Source of the DNA: an uncultured virus (IMG/VR IMGVR_UViG_3300031555_005587)
Lineage: Duplodnaviria > Heunggongvirae > Uroviricota > Caudoviricetes
DNA: 64,000 bases
Strand: one strand, 5' to 3'
Virus record (IMG/VR): IMGVR_UViG_3300031555_005587
Coordinates: 1 to 64,000 of that record
Of the stretch, positions 50,054 to 59,607 are shown one piece after another (the stretch's first letter is position 1; each line of letters begins with the position of its first letter). Made by a program: the position numbers and the translations under genes. Below the pieces are notes generated by a model. That model had not been told where the DNA came from. It ran no database searches and saw only the letters and a list, made by a program, of their open reading frames with translations.

Positions 50054-52512
50054 TAACTTTCACCTCCATCAGAATAATCAGGTCTCTGGATATTAATTTC
50101 AAGAATGATTCTCTTAATAATATCACGGAATTTAACTACACAGTAGCAGTGCATAATCATGCGTTCCTGCTCCCACTCATTAGCTTTGAACTCAATGTTG
50201 ATATCCTGAACCATTGTACCAATCCAAGGACGATAAATCGCCATCTGAGCATCAGTATAACCCTTACGAGCTTCAGGTTCATTCCAGTTGTACAGATAAT
50301 TGCGGTTAGCCTGTTCAAGACCTTTCTTAAGTCTGTTAAGAACACGAACGTTATTCTCTTCAAGCAATGCAGAAGCATCAAGCTGACGAGTATTCTGAAC
50401 AGCACGCTGAACAATTCTACCCTCTTCACGAGTTAAGTAGTAATTGAAACGATTTGTGAACAGAAGTTCCTTAACATCCCAGTCGATAAGATCAATATCA
50501 GGTTGGAAGGTATCACGAATCATAGAGTTAGCTGCAGTAAGTGCATTATTCTTCTGAACGCAAGTTAACTGAGCAAGACCATATACGAAAGGTTTGTTCA
50601 AACCTTCATGGATGATATGATTGATCAATTCTTTAGCAATGAAGTAAGAAGTTGTAACTTTAACTCGTCTGCCAGTATAAGGATCAAAAATATCATAACA
50701 ACCCAAGTCGATAGAAGTTGCACGTCCAGTGAACTCACTAAACATTTCAATGATATCCATCAACTCAGTAGAAGCATTAACATTCTTAATACCTACATTA
50801 CCACAGTCAAGATATAAAGAACAACCAGCACCCATGTCTTCTGCAATAGTCATACCATTGCGGTTTCTGAATTCGTTAAGATCGTACATAGCACGTTTAA
50901 CGTTAATATCAGTAACATCAATGGCACCAGAACTTGCAGTAATTGCTAACTGCTGATAATCTGCATCTGTCAGGACAGTACTATTACTATATAGATTCTG
51001 GATAGAATCATCAAGTGTCAAGTCACCTTCAGAAGTCATATTATAGTTAGCATCGAACATGAAGTCAAGGTTTACTCTTGCAGGACTTAAGATCTTACGA
51101 TCCTTATATCCACGGAATGCAGAAACATATTCACGAGAGAGTAATAGTTTCATTTCTGCAGCAGTAGGAGCACGAGTTACTCCATCAACAGTAATCTCTT
51201 CGAAATCACCATCATGACCGCCAGTAAACATGATACCTCTAGAATTAGTGATATCAATACCATCGTACTGATCGTCATCAGCAGCAGCTTCTACACCTTC
51301 ATCGTATGTAATGTTTCCTGCATCAGTATCAATATGAGATACAGTATAACGCCAACGATATCCACCATTGTTTTCATCTGCAAGTACAAGTACAGAAGCA
51401 CCTACAGTTGCAGTAGCCCAATCGGATAGATTCTGAGGCATCATAGATGCATTTGCAACTTCCATATCAGGAGCAACATAAGGACCAGTGCTCTTCATTG
51501 TGTAGTTTCTGTAGTAAGGAATAATCTCGTTAGAACGAGTATTCAATACAGTACCAAACATAGGATCGAAAGTTTCTTCACTAATTGCCATAGCAATTTC
51601 AAGATCAGCTAACTGATCATCAGTAGAAGCATTCTGAGCCAAGTAAGTCTGGTTAGATTCTACAATCTTCTTATAGAAGTCATAAAGTTTCAGATAATTA
51701 TCTTCGAAAGGATAAATATATACAGGACAGCTACCAGTAGCAAACTGATCTAATACGTCACTAATTAAAGTAGACATATTGAAACGAGTTGTCTGATATA
51801 AAGAACCAGAGAAGATATTGGATACACGAGATACACCAGCTGTATTAGTAATCAAAGACCACTTATACATCTTCATCTCATATTCTTTTTCTGCATCAGT
51901 GTCTCTACGGAAACACATAGCATATTTATTACCATATTTACCACGACCGACAGAACGAACGTAAGCAAGAGGTAATGTCATATAACCAGTCTGAGCATCA
52001 GGTACTTCACTTGCAAGAGAATTAGCAACTTCAAGAATTGCCATATCATCAGTGCTACCTTCAGTCAAACGAGGTTTGCCAGCATACGCAACATCGAATT
52101 TGATTTCGAAACGTTTTAGACCAGTTTCCTGACCTAAATCATCTAATTCATTACCTTCACGATATTTCGCAAGAAGAATCATGTTTGCATAAGTAGCATT
52201 ATCAGGAAGAACGCGGCAGAACCAAACGTTCGTACTTCCGTTGAATAAAAGATCAGCCTGTAGAGAAGCCTGACCATATTTCTGGAAGTTACCCTGACCG
52301 AATAAAGCTTTCTTTGTTGGTAGATCACTTATACGAACGAAAGTATTGTCAATACCCTGATCAGCACCAGTAACTACGACTGTCGCATAAGGGAGTTCGC
52401 TAGTATCACTAGGCTGAGCAGTAGTTTCATCGTAAAAAGTGTCATCAAGAATTACCGTATGCACATGAGGATGTGCATAGTACGGAATAATTTGGACGCT
52501 AGATTCACCCAT
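50053..52512 (-). CDS. Contractile tail sheath protein
   Basis: 819 aa. N-terminal PHVHTVILD, LFG, CRVLPDNATYAN, FTGGHDG; C-terminal NNVRVLNRLK...VVKFRDIIKRIILEINI typical of sheaths. Confidence 0.85.
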   Translation of the reverse strand: MGESSVQIIPYYAHPHVHTVILDDTFYDETTAQPSDTSELPYATVVVTGADQGIDNTFVRISDLPTKKALFGQGNFQKYGQASLQADLLFNGSTNVWFCRVLPDNATYANMILLAKYREGNELDDLGQETGLKRFEIKFDVAYAGKPRLTEGSTDDMAILEVANSLASEVPDAQTGYMTLPLAYVRSVGRGKYGNKYAMCFRRDTDAEKEYEMKMYKWSLITNTAGVSRVSNIFSGSLYQTTRFNMSTLISDVLDQFATGSCPVYIYPFEDNYLKLYDFYKKIVESNQTYLAQNASTDDQLADLEIAMAISEETFDPMFGTVLNTRSNEIIPYYRNYTMKSTGPYVAPDMEVANASMMPQNLSDWATATVGASVLVLADENNGGYRWRYTVSHIDTDAGNITYDEGVEAAADDDQYDGIDITNSRGIMFTGGHDGDFEEITVDGVTRAPTAAEMKLLLSREYVSAFRGYKDRKILSPARVNLDFMFDANYNMTSEGDLTLDDSIQNLYSNSTVLTDADYQQLAITASSGAIDVTDINVKRAMYDLNEFRNRNGMTIAEDMGAGCSLYLDCGNVGIKNVNASTELMDIIEMFSEFTGRATSIDLGCYDIFDPYTGRRVKVTTSYFIAKELINHIIHEGLNKPFVYGLAQLTCVQKNNALTAANSMIRDTFQPDIDLIDWDVKELLFTNRFNYYLTREEGRIVQRAVQNTRQLDASALLEENNVRVLNRLKKGLEQANRNYLYNWNEPEARKGYTDAQMAIYRPWIGTMVQDINIEFKANEWEQERMIMHCYCVVKFRDIIKRIILEINIQRPDYSDGGES

Positions 52513-52593
52513 AATTGTACACTCCTTTACTATATTTTTTGATGAATTTAATGAGACATCTTCATTATTAATCTGGTTCTATATTTTCTATGA

Positions 52594-53307
52594 TCAATAG
52601 TGAATGATTTTCTCTAATGGTGATACAGGTTCTTCAATATTTTCGGCAGAATTGTTAATACCATTTGATATCATAGTACCGATATCTTCAAAGACCATAC
52701 CACTAAATGTTGATAGATCTTTAACTACAGATCTTACATTTCCTGTTTGATAATCATAACCATTAGGTTTTGATTGTCGAGCATAATATTGCCCATAACG
52801 TTCTTTCATATTGTTTGGATTACGATAAATGCTTGCAATGATCATTTCATATATTTTTGATGGAACTTTATAACTTACACCAGAAATTTCCAAGTTTCTC
52901 CACCAAATGTCAATCACCTTTGTATAGTTTAAAGTACGAGGAAGTTTACCAGATAACATACTATCTAGGAATGCACCTGCTACTTCTCTTCCTTTAGGTA
53001 ATGTTTGGTGGATAATATAAGAATCTTTCATGTACTGTAAAGTCATTACAGAAATAATCTTTCCGTGTACTTTAATATTTTCTACTTTAGATTCATATAC
53101 TATGAAATTTGTAATAACTGGAACATTGAAGAGTTTTAACTCTCCTTCTTGTCCATTAGGAAACGCTCGTGTATAAACAATACCGAGTGCTTCAATAGAT
53201 GCACCTCTGTTTACAGCAATTCCTGAGTTGAAATATTCCATTGGGATATATATTTCCATATAATCGTTGCAATAAATTTTTCCTGATTTTGCGTATAAAA
53301 TACCCAT
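52594..53307 (-). CDS. Putative RNA polymerase beta-prime C-terminal fragment subunit
   Basis: ISGVSYKVPSKIYEMIIASI resembles beta' QGVkIndKHiEvIvrqM. STFSGMVFEDIGTMISNGI...PLEKII resembles SFlSAasFqEttrvLt.Aa...LKEnvI. Confidence 0.5.
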   Translation of the reverse strand: MGILYAKSGKIYCNDYMEIYIPMEYFNSGIAVNRGASIEALGIVYTRAFPNGQEGELKLFNVPVITNFIVYESKVENIKVHGKIISVMTLQYMKDSYIIHQTLPKGREVAGAFLDSMLSGKLPRTLNYTKVIDIWWRNLEISGVSYKVPSKIYEMIIASIYRNPNNMKERYGQYYARQSKPNGYDYQTGNVRSVVKDLSTFSGMVFEDIGTMISNGINNSAENIEEPVSPLEKIIHY

Positions 53308-53325
53308 GTTTATTGTTACACCTCC

Positions 53326-53520
53326 TTACTCGATTTGTAGATATCTTATTACCTTTGGATTATTTTTCATATCATCCAACGCTTCTTCTATTGTATTAAA
53401 CTTACAAGGACAAATATGACCTTTCGTAGTATTTATATAACTATATCCGGATCCATCTTTGTGAGGAAGAAGTAATACTTCAATATTATCATCTTCTCGT
53501 TCTACTAAAAATTTTAACAT
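53326..53520 (-). CDS. Small hypothetical protein
   Basis: 64 aa, abuts the terminase stop; RBS AGGAGG. Confidence 0.6.
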   Translation of the reverse strand: MLKFLVEREDDNIEVLLLPHKDGSGYSYINTTKGHICPCKFNTIEEALDDMKNNPKVIRYLQIE

Positions 53521-56500
53521 TTAATATCTTCCTCCTGTTCCATTAATATCATCAAAGAACCATGAGCCTAGATCCACAGTATCAGAAGGATTAAAATCTC
53601 TATCTTCTCTAGAGTAAATTGGATCATTCATAAAAGATAAAGTATCACATAAAGTTCTAATTTGAGATTCCATTCTTGCAGAAGCATCCATAACTTCAGC
53701 GTCATATGAAACTACTTCTTTGCCTCCTGAATTAACTAATGCAGTTTCTTGAGAAGTGATTCCTCCAGCAGGAGGTTCTTCAGGTAACTGAATTGGTCCA
53801 TATAATGGATTATCACCTTTAATGATACCAAATGTTTCAAGATTATCTCCAGTATAATAAATATAGATGGCATGTAGATATGCCATTACACAGTCATCAT
53901 GTTCACCCTTATCGGCTTCAATACGTCCAGTAGATGTTTTAATCAATTTACACAAATCATCTACTAAGTATTCAGTAGTAAGAATATCTTTACATACATC
54001 GACATGTTGGAATAACAATTCAAACATTGCATCACGGACTTTCTTGCTTAAGAATGTACCGTATTTTCTATACTGTTCTGACAATGATTTCAATTCTTGT
54101 GTTCCGTCTTCTGATGTTAATTCCTCTAATTCTTGAGCTTTTCTAGACCAATACAAGTTATCTCTAATATCAGTCTCTAATAGCATCTGAATTAAATAAA
54201 TACCCATTGAGTTCTTTTCTGGAATTAATACTGCCTTAGGAATATATTCATGAACTAATTCAATCAACATTCGAACTGCATTAGGTCCAGAAATATATGG
54301 AGATTTAAATTCAGCAGCAATCTTCAAGTTAAATGGGTTAATAATATACACTGAGAAGTTATCTCCTCCGCCACCGCCAGCAGGGTCAATACCAACAAGA
54401 TACGGGATATTTTCATCAAGATCTTTAGGACGACCGAATTGGTATCCTGCTCCATGTTCGTAAAGTTTATATAACCATTTTCCACAAATCAAAAGATCAT
54501 TTGTTGATTTCTTCATATTAGAAATCAAATATTCAATATCTTCAGCACTAATTGCAGAGTTGTTAGAACCACGAAGTCTCTGTAATAAGATTTCACGACG
54601 AATTGCCATCTTATCACCAGATAATGCAAACTGATCTAATACCCAGTTATAGTCTTTACGTAACTGGAAATATTGATATTCAATATAATATACATCAATT
54701 ACTTCACGAGTTTTCTTCTCTTCTGAAGAGTGGTAATCTTCTCTGAAAGCAGATTTATATTCTTTAATCTGCTCTTCCGTCATGTCATATATTTTTTCAG
54801 TCCAAGGAATCATTGACTGAATAATAGGTAAAGCTTCACGACCCTCGCGAGTATCCAGGTTACCCGTTATATTCACACAGTTCGCAACACTGTGCAGTTC
54901 TCTAAACTCAATTCATTATATTCATATGAATTGAAAATGAACTTCCCTATCTCTCGATAGGATACTTGACTATATCTCCATCCACATACAATATTTTATG
55001 TGGAGCAATCCATTTCCATTTAAGGGATTTTCACCCACCACCATTGGCAATTGTGGTCGTACTCCTATTGCCGACTTTCACGGCTTATTTCAGGATAGTC
55101 GATGAACTTTACTCTGAATAAGATCAGAGTCTTAGCTGCGGATTGTCTGTACCATGTACCTTTTTACTATACCTTCCACATTACTGGTTGCCACTATGAT
55201 ATCACTACCATAGTTTAGTAGTACACGTTTAACCAGAGTTTCCCGAACAATTAAGATTGGAAAACTATATGTTACCATATAGCCACCCCGTTTTATACTA
55301 TAATTTCTTTAATTTCATTTTCATTGAGAAGAATACTTTCGTTTTCTTTTATGGCTTTCATTTTATTTATTTTTAGTATTCGTTTATTGATAGATCGTCG
55401 TAATAAACTATCTTCTTTAGTTCCATCATTTTTATACCAAAATATTTGTAAATTTCGTTTCTTGGTATATTAGATGAAATCATTCTAGATAACACATTTT
55501 CATCAATATTTCGTACAGTATGAGCTCTTTTTTCTGGTTTAAAATATTCTTTGCTAATCTGAGACCAAATATTTCCACTTTTAATATTACGAATAACATT
55601 CTTGTATCGTAATTCTTCCTTAGGATCATTTATAACAATTTTATTCAGTCCCAATATATCATAAATTTCATCAGTAGTTTTACCATCTACATGAAGTTTA
55701 CATATCTGATGAATTTGATCTAAAGAAAATTTACTATTTTTATCTTTTGGAAGATATTCTTTTTCAGAATTAGATGAAGTTTCATACTCATATTGTGATA
55801 CTACGTCTATCCAAATCTTTTTATGTCTAAGCCTATGAATAAGTGTATACATTGACATATCTTCTTTAGAATTATAATCAATTCGTACTTTATTCATTAC
55901 TTTACGAAAAACTTCCATATTATTCATTCCATTTACAAACATTTTGCATATATCATGAATTAAAGTTTCTGGATAGATATTCGTAGATGAATTTTCTCCA
56001 CGTGTATTATATAAACCAGTAGCATGAGCTCTACGAGTATTTTCTGCAGATGTTACCCATTCTAGATTTGTATAATGATTATTTTGTTTATTACCATCAA
56101 TATGATCAATTTGTAAACGAATATCTCTATTTTTTTAAACAAAATTCATATGCGACTATTCTATGAACTCCATAATTGTTTTTACTAAGAGCGATCCTTA
56201 GATATCCATCTGAATCAACGTGAGATGATACAAATCGTTCGAATAAAGTATCATAGACTTTGCCATATTCTGATATGAAATATCTATTTTGATCTACTCC
56301 TGGATATGTAACTTTTCTGTATTCTTCTCTTTTAGTATTTTTCATATTTTATATCTCCTTTAACATAGTATTTTCAGTTAATACCATGATATATGAAAAA
56401 TACATTTAAAATCATAGCAATTTTACTTGAGGTGTGCAAGACATAAGTCTGCAATAAGGCTTACCTGCAGCTGCAGCGTTTTCAGAAGCTGTTTTAAACA

Positions 56501-57236
56501 ATGGAGCTGAGTTAGCCATAATTTCTCCAAAGAATGGAGTATGTTCAATTTCGTCAAAATAAAGAATAGCACCAGAACCACCACGACCAAGACCCTGGGC
56601 ATGAGATAATGAAGTTGGTTTTGGATGAATTTCCAGAGTATTGTGTAACAAGTTATTCTCTAACTTTTCAGTAGCCTGACGAGATTTCTTTATTTTTCCA
56701 TCTTCTCCCATGAATCGTCTAAATTGTAACCATTCAGGAAGTAATTCAATATTACTTTTTAAATGAGCTAAGTTTCGTTTTGTATTATCAGTTTCCTTAC
56801 CAAAGAAATGCATGTGTAAGTTTTGGGATAATTGAAATGCCCATAGAATTGGTCCACCAATTGTTCCAGTAGTCTTATATGTCTGACGAGGTTCACAAAT
56901 ACAATTATCTTGATGACGTTCGAAACACCATATTACTGCAGCTAATCCACGATGTAGTGAGTAAGGTACTACACCTTTATCGGTTCTCATACGTACACAC
57001 ATACGTATGAATGCCCAAACATTATGTTGAAATTCTTGCATTAATGCTTTAATTTCTTGCTCAGTAATATTAGGTTTAAATGGATCTATATCAGCAACTC
57101 TTGGATTGTCTATTCTAAGCATGAAGTAATAATTCTTAATTCCAACAGCCTTTAATTCTTTAGCTGTAATTAAGAATGATTCATTCGACGTGCCAAAATC
57201 GTAAAAATGACCATTAATCTGTTTAATATCACTCAT
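53521..57236 (-). CDS. terL: Terminase large subunit; two exons, 716 aa spliced
   Basis: Exons 57236-56430 and 54864-53521. Walker A EPRQTYKTT, GRG, Walker B ILYFDE, spliced SCTP|GNLDTREG, nuclease motifs VGIDPAGG, PEKNSMG, HDDCVMAYL. Confidence 0.9.
54865..56429 (-). mobile_element. Group I intron in the terminase gene (1565 nt), with an endonuclease gene in the P1 loop
   Basis: Exon end CACCU pairs with GGGUG at ~55284-55288. Core UUCGGGAAACUC, AAUCCGCAGCUAAG, GUUCAUCGACUA, AGAUAUAGUC; terminal G at 54865. Confidence 0.88.
55293..56345 (-). pseudogene. HNH homing endonuclease disrupted by two homopolymer frameshifts
   Basis: HRIVAYEFCL continues in another frame as NRDIRLQIDHIDGNKQNNHYTNLEWVTSAEN across an A7 run (56130-56136). 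A second shift at an A5 run near 55430 extends the frame to TAA at 55293. Confidence 0.8.
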
Positions 57237-57355
57237 TATGTTATTTCCTCCTTTCCTATAGTAAACTTAATGTTTTAGTTTATCGACATACGCAACTTAT
57301 ATATTCTTATTATAGAAGAAACCAAAACATCTAAAATACTTAAAGAAAGAAGGAA

Positions 57356-58357
57356 ATGAAAATGTACAAAAAAGTTTTATTTACACATGATGATATGGAT
57401 GGAGCCGGTTGCCGTATCGTATTTGAATTAGCACATAGACATCTTGAAAAAGGAAAGGATTATGAGATATTCAACTGTTCAAACAATGGAGTTGATGAAA
57501 CAGCTTTATCTATTTTCAGAAATGAACAGTTTGATCCTGTGAACACACATGTTATCTTTGCTGATATATGTTGTTCTGTGCAAGCACTTGAAGTCTTCAA
57601 ATCTAAAGAAGTTAAAGTTGATATCTTTGACCATCATAGAACTAACTTCCCTGTTCAGCAGGTATATCCTGATGCACAAATTGTTCCTGAAAATGTATTG
57701 GGAGTACAGGAAAGTGGAACATCTCTCCTTTATCAGTATTTCTACAATATTGATGATTTTACTGGAGAGCATTTCAAGAATCTTGATGAAGTAATGTTTT
57801 CAAAGTTGGTAGACACTATCCGTTCATATGATACATATGAATGGAAGACTACCAATAATATTCTGGCAAAGGAACTGCAGACATTATTCTATCTCCTTGG
57901 GATGGATAAGTTCTGTGAGCGGTATATAAAGAAGATTAGTGATGTTGAAAACAAAGATAACCATTTGATTTCACTAACAGACATGGACTTTGTATCTACG
58001 AAAATTGAGAATGAACAAAAGGTAATTGACAACTTTACACCTGATGATGTATTTGAATTTATGCTTCGTGGATATAACATTGCATTCATTCTCACAACAA
58101 AGGGTGCATCTATTAGTGAACTCGGTTATCAGTTCTTGACTAAGTATCCTCAGTATGATGCAATGATCTATTTCTCTCCTTATAACGGAGGAAAGTTTGA
58201 AATGAGAACCGTGAGGGACGATATTGATATGGGTGCGATGTTTGCAATGCCTATCGGTGGTGGTGGTCATCCTAAAGCTGCAGGTGCACCATTACCTCAG
58301 TCTTCTCAGGATATGATGGTTGACATGCTGATTGACGTACTGAATGGGAGGTTCTGA
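57356..58357 (+). CDS. DHH/DHHA1 phosphoesterase (NrnB/oligoribonuclease-like)
   Basis: THDDMDG, FADI, FDHH, ESGT, YDTYEW, GGGGHPKAAG. Confidence 0.9.
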   Translation: MKMYKKVLFTHDDMDGAGCRIVFELAHRHLEKGKDYEIFNCSNNGVDETALSIFRNEQFDPVNTHVIFADICCSVQALEVFKSKEVKVDIFDHHRTNFPVQQVYPDAQIVPENVLGVQESGTSLLYQYFYNIDDFTGEHFKNLDEVMFSKLVDTIRSYDTYEWKTTNNILAKELQTLFYLLGMDKFCERYIKKISDVENKDNHLISLTDMDFVSTKIENEQKVIDNFTPDDVFEFMLRGYNIAFILTTKGASISELGYQFLTKYPQYDAMIYFSPYNGGKFEMRTVRDDIDMGAMFAMPIGGGGHPKAAGAPLPQSSQDMMVDMLIDVLNGRF

Positions 58358-58363
58358 TCTCAA

Positions 58364-58774
58364 TTGAACTATAGAGACTTGAGATACATTAAAACAGCCG
58401 CGAAAATTGCCGAGCATAGCACATATGCTCGGCATTCTATCGGTTGTGTAGTAGTCTATAGAAACACCATAATTTCAACTGGGTGCAATAAGGATCGTAC
58501 CGATCCATTGCAGAAAAAATATAATAAAGAGAGGAATATTTCTGATAATTATCCTCACAAGATACATGCAGAAGTAGATGCTATTAAACATATAATTGAT
58601 CTTGATATTGATTGGAAGAATGTTTCTATCTATATAGTTAGATTAAGAAAAGATCAACCTTATGGAATGGCTCGACCTTGTAAATCTTGTATGTCTTTAA
58701 TAAAGGACCTTGGTATCAGAAATATTTATTACACGACAAATGATGGTATCGCACATGAAAGATTGGAGGATTAA
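58364..58774 (+). CDS. Zn-dependent CMP/dCMP deaminase-family protein
   Basis: IGCVVV, HAEVDAI, ARPCKSC. Confidence 0.85.
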   Translation: MNYRDLRYIKTAAKIAEHSTYARHSIGCVVVYRNTIISTGCNKDRTDPLQKKYNKERNISDNYPHKIHAEVDAIKHIIDLDIDWKNVSIYIVRLRKDQPYGMARPCKSCMSLIKDLGIRNIYYTTNDGIAHERLED

Positions 58775-58775
58775 T

Positions 58776-59546
58776 ATGATACAAATTAACAATGAATTGG
58801 TAAAGACATTATCATACTATTATGATGTAGCAACAATATATCTTATGAATAAATATAATATTAATACAATTCAGATTCATGTATTTCCAGAAGCTAGGGG
58901 ACATTTTTTCAATGCTATTAAAAAGAAAGGAAAAAGTATTGGATTAGATATTGAATTTACTAAAATCCATGATCCAAATATTCCATTTTTGTTTGATAAT
59001 TTTCCAGATTATATTGATGAAGAAGATCGTGAGTTAGAAGATTTAATGGATATATTTAAAAAAGATACAAGTGCAATATACAACATCGATGTTCGTAAAG
59101 AATATAAAACAAAACAATCAGGTATCTTAAACGCAACATCTCAAGGATGTTTTGAGTTAATTAGAAAATGGAAAACAGAAAGGTTTGATAATACAGGAAT
59201 TAATATCGGAATTATTGGGAGAGGAACATCTGTTGGTTATATGGATCTTGCCCATAGACTAGTGGAAAATAATGATACTCTTGTATTATGTCATTCTCAT
59301 ACATTAGATACAATTCAAATGGTTAGTAAATGTGATATAATTGTATCATGTCTTGATGATGGTGATATATATCCTTTAGAAATGTTTAAAGATAAAAGTG
59401 TTATTGATATAGGATATGCATATAAAGATGCAATTCATATTGGTACCCTTACAACATCTATTTTGGTATATAGAGCATTATCGAGTATAACTGATAAAAG
59501 ATGGATTAAAGATTCTATCATGCCTTTTAAAAAGAGATACGAATAA
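58776..59546 (+). CDS. Divergent FolD-like (methylene-THF dehydrogenase/cyclohydrolase) protein
   Basis: ATSQGCFELI (cf. PCTPxGixeLl), IGIIGRGTSVG (VVIGRSxIVG), LVLCHSHT, DIIVSC, VIDIG, IGTLTTSIL (VGPMTxAML). Start MIQINN after GGAGG. Confidence 0.7.
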   Translation: MIQINNELVKTLSYYYDVATIYLMNKYNINTIQIHVFPEARGHFFNAIKKKGKSIGLDIEFTKIHDPNIPFLFDNFPDYIDEEDRELEDLMDIFKKDTSAIYNIDVRKEYKTKQSGILNATSQGCFELIRKWKTERFDNTGINIGIIGRGTSVGYMDLAHRLVENNDTLVLCHSHTLDTIQMVSKCDIIVSCLDDGDIYPLEMFKDKSVIDIGYAYKDAIHIGTLTTSILVYRALSSITDKRWIKDSIMPFKKRYE

Positions 59547-59607
59547 GAATATAAAATGCAATGGATCGTTAACGATCCATTGCATTTTATATATATATTT
59601 TTTTATT

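Noticed and set aside
56127..56129. TAG stop inside an HNH gene, suggesting stop-codon recoding (code 15)
   Set aside because: Read-through gives RYSFTN then TGA, not the HNH motif, which lies in another frame. Long genes are intact under code 11.
56127..56140. T-TTA-AAA slippery heptamer as a programmed -1 frameshift
   Set aside because: Reaching the HNH frame needs a +1 shift; the -1 frame does not encode the motif.
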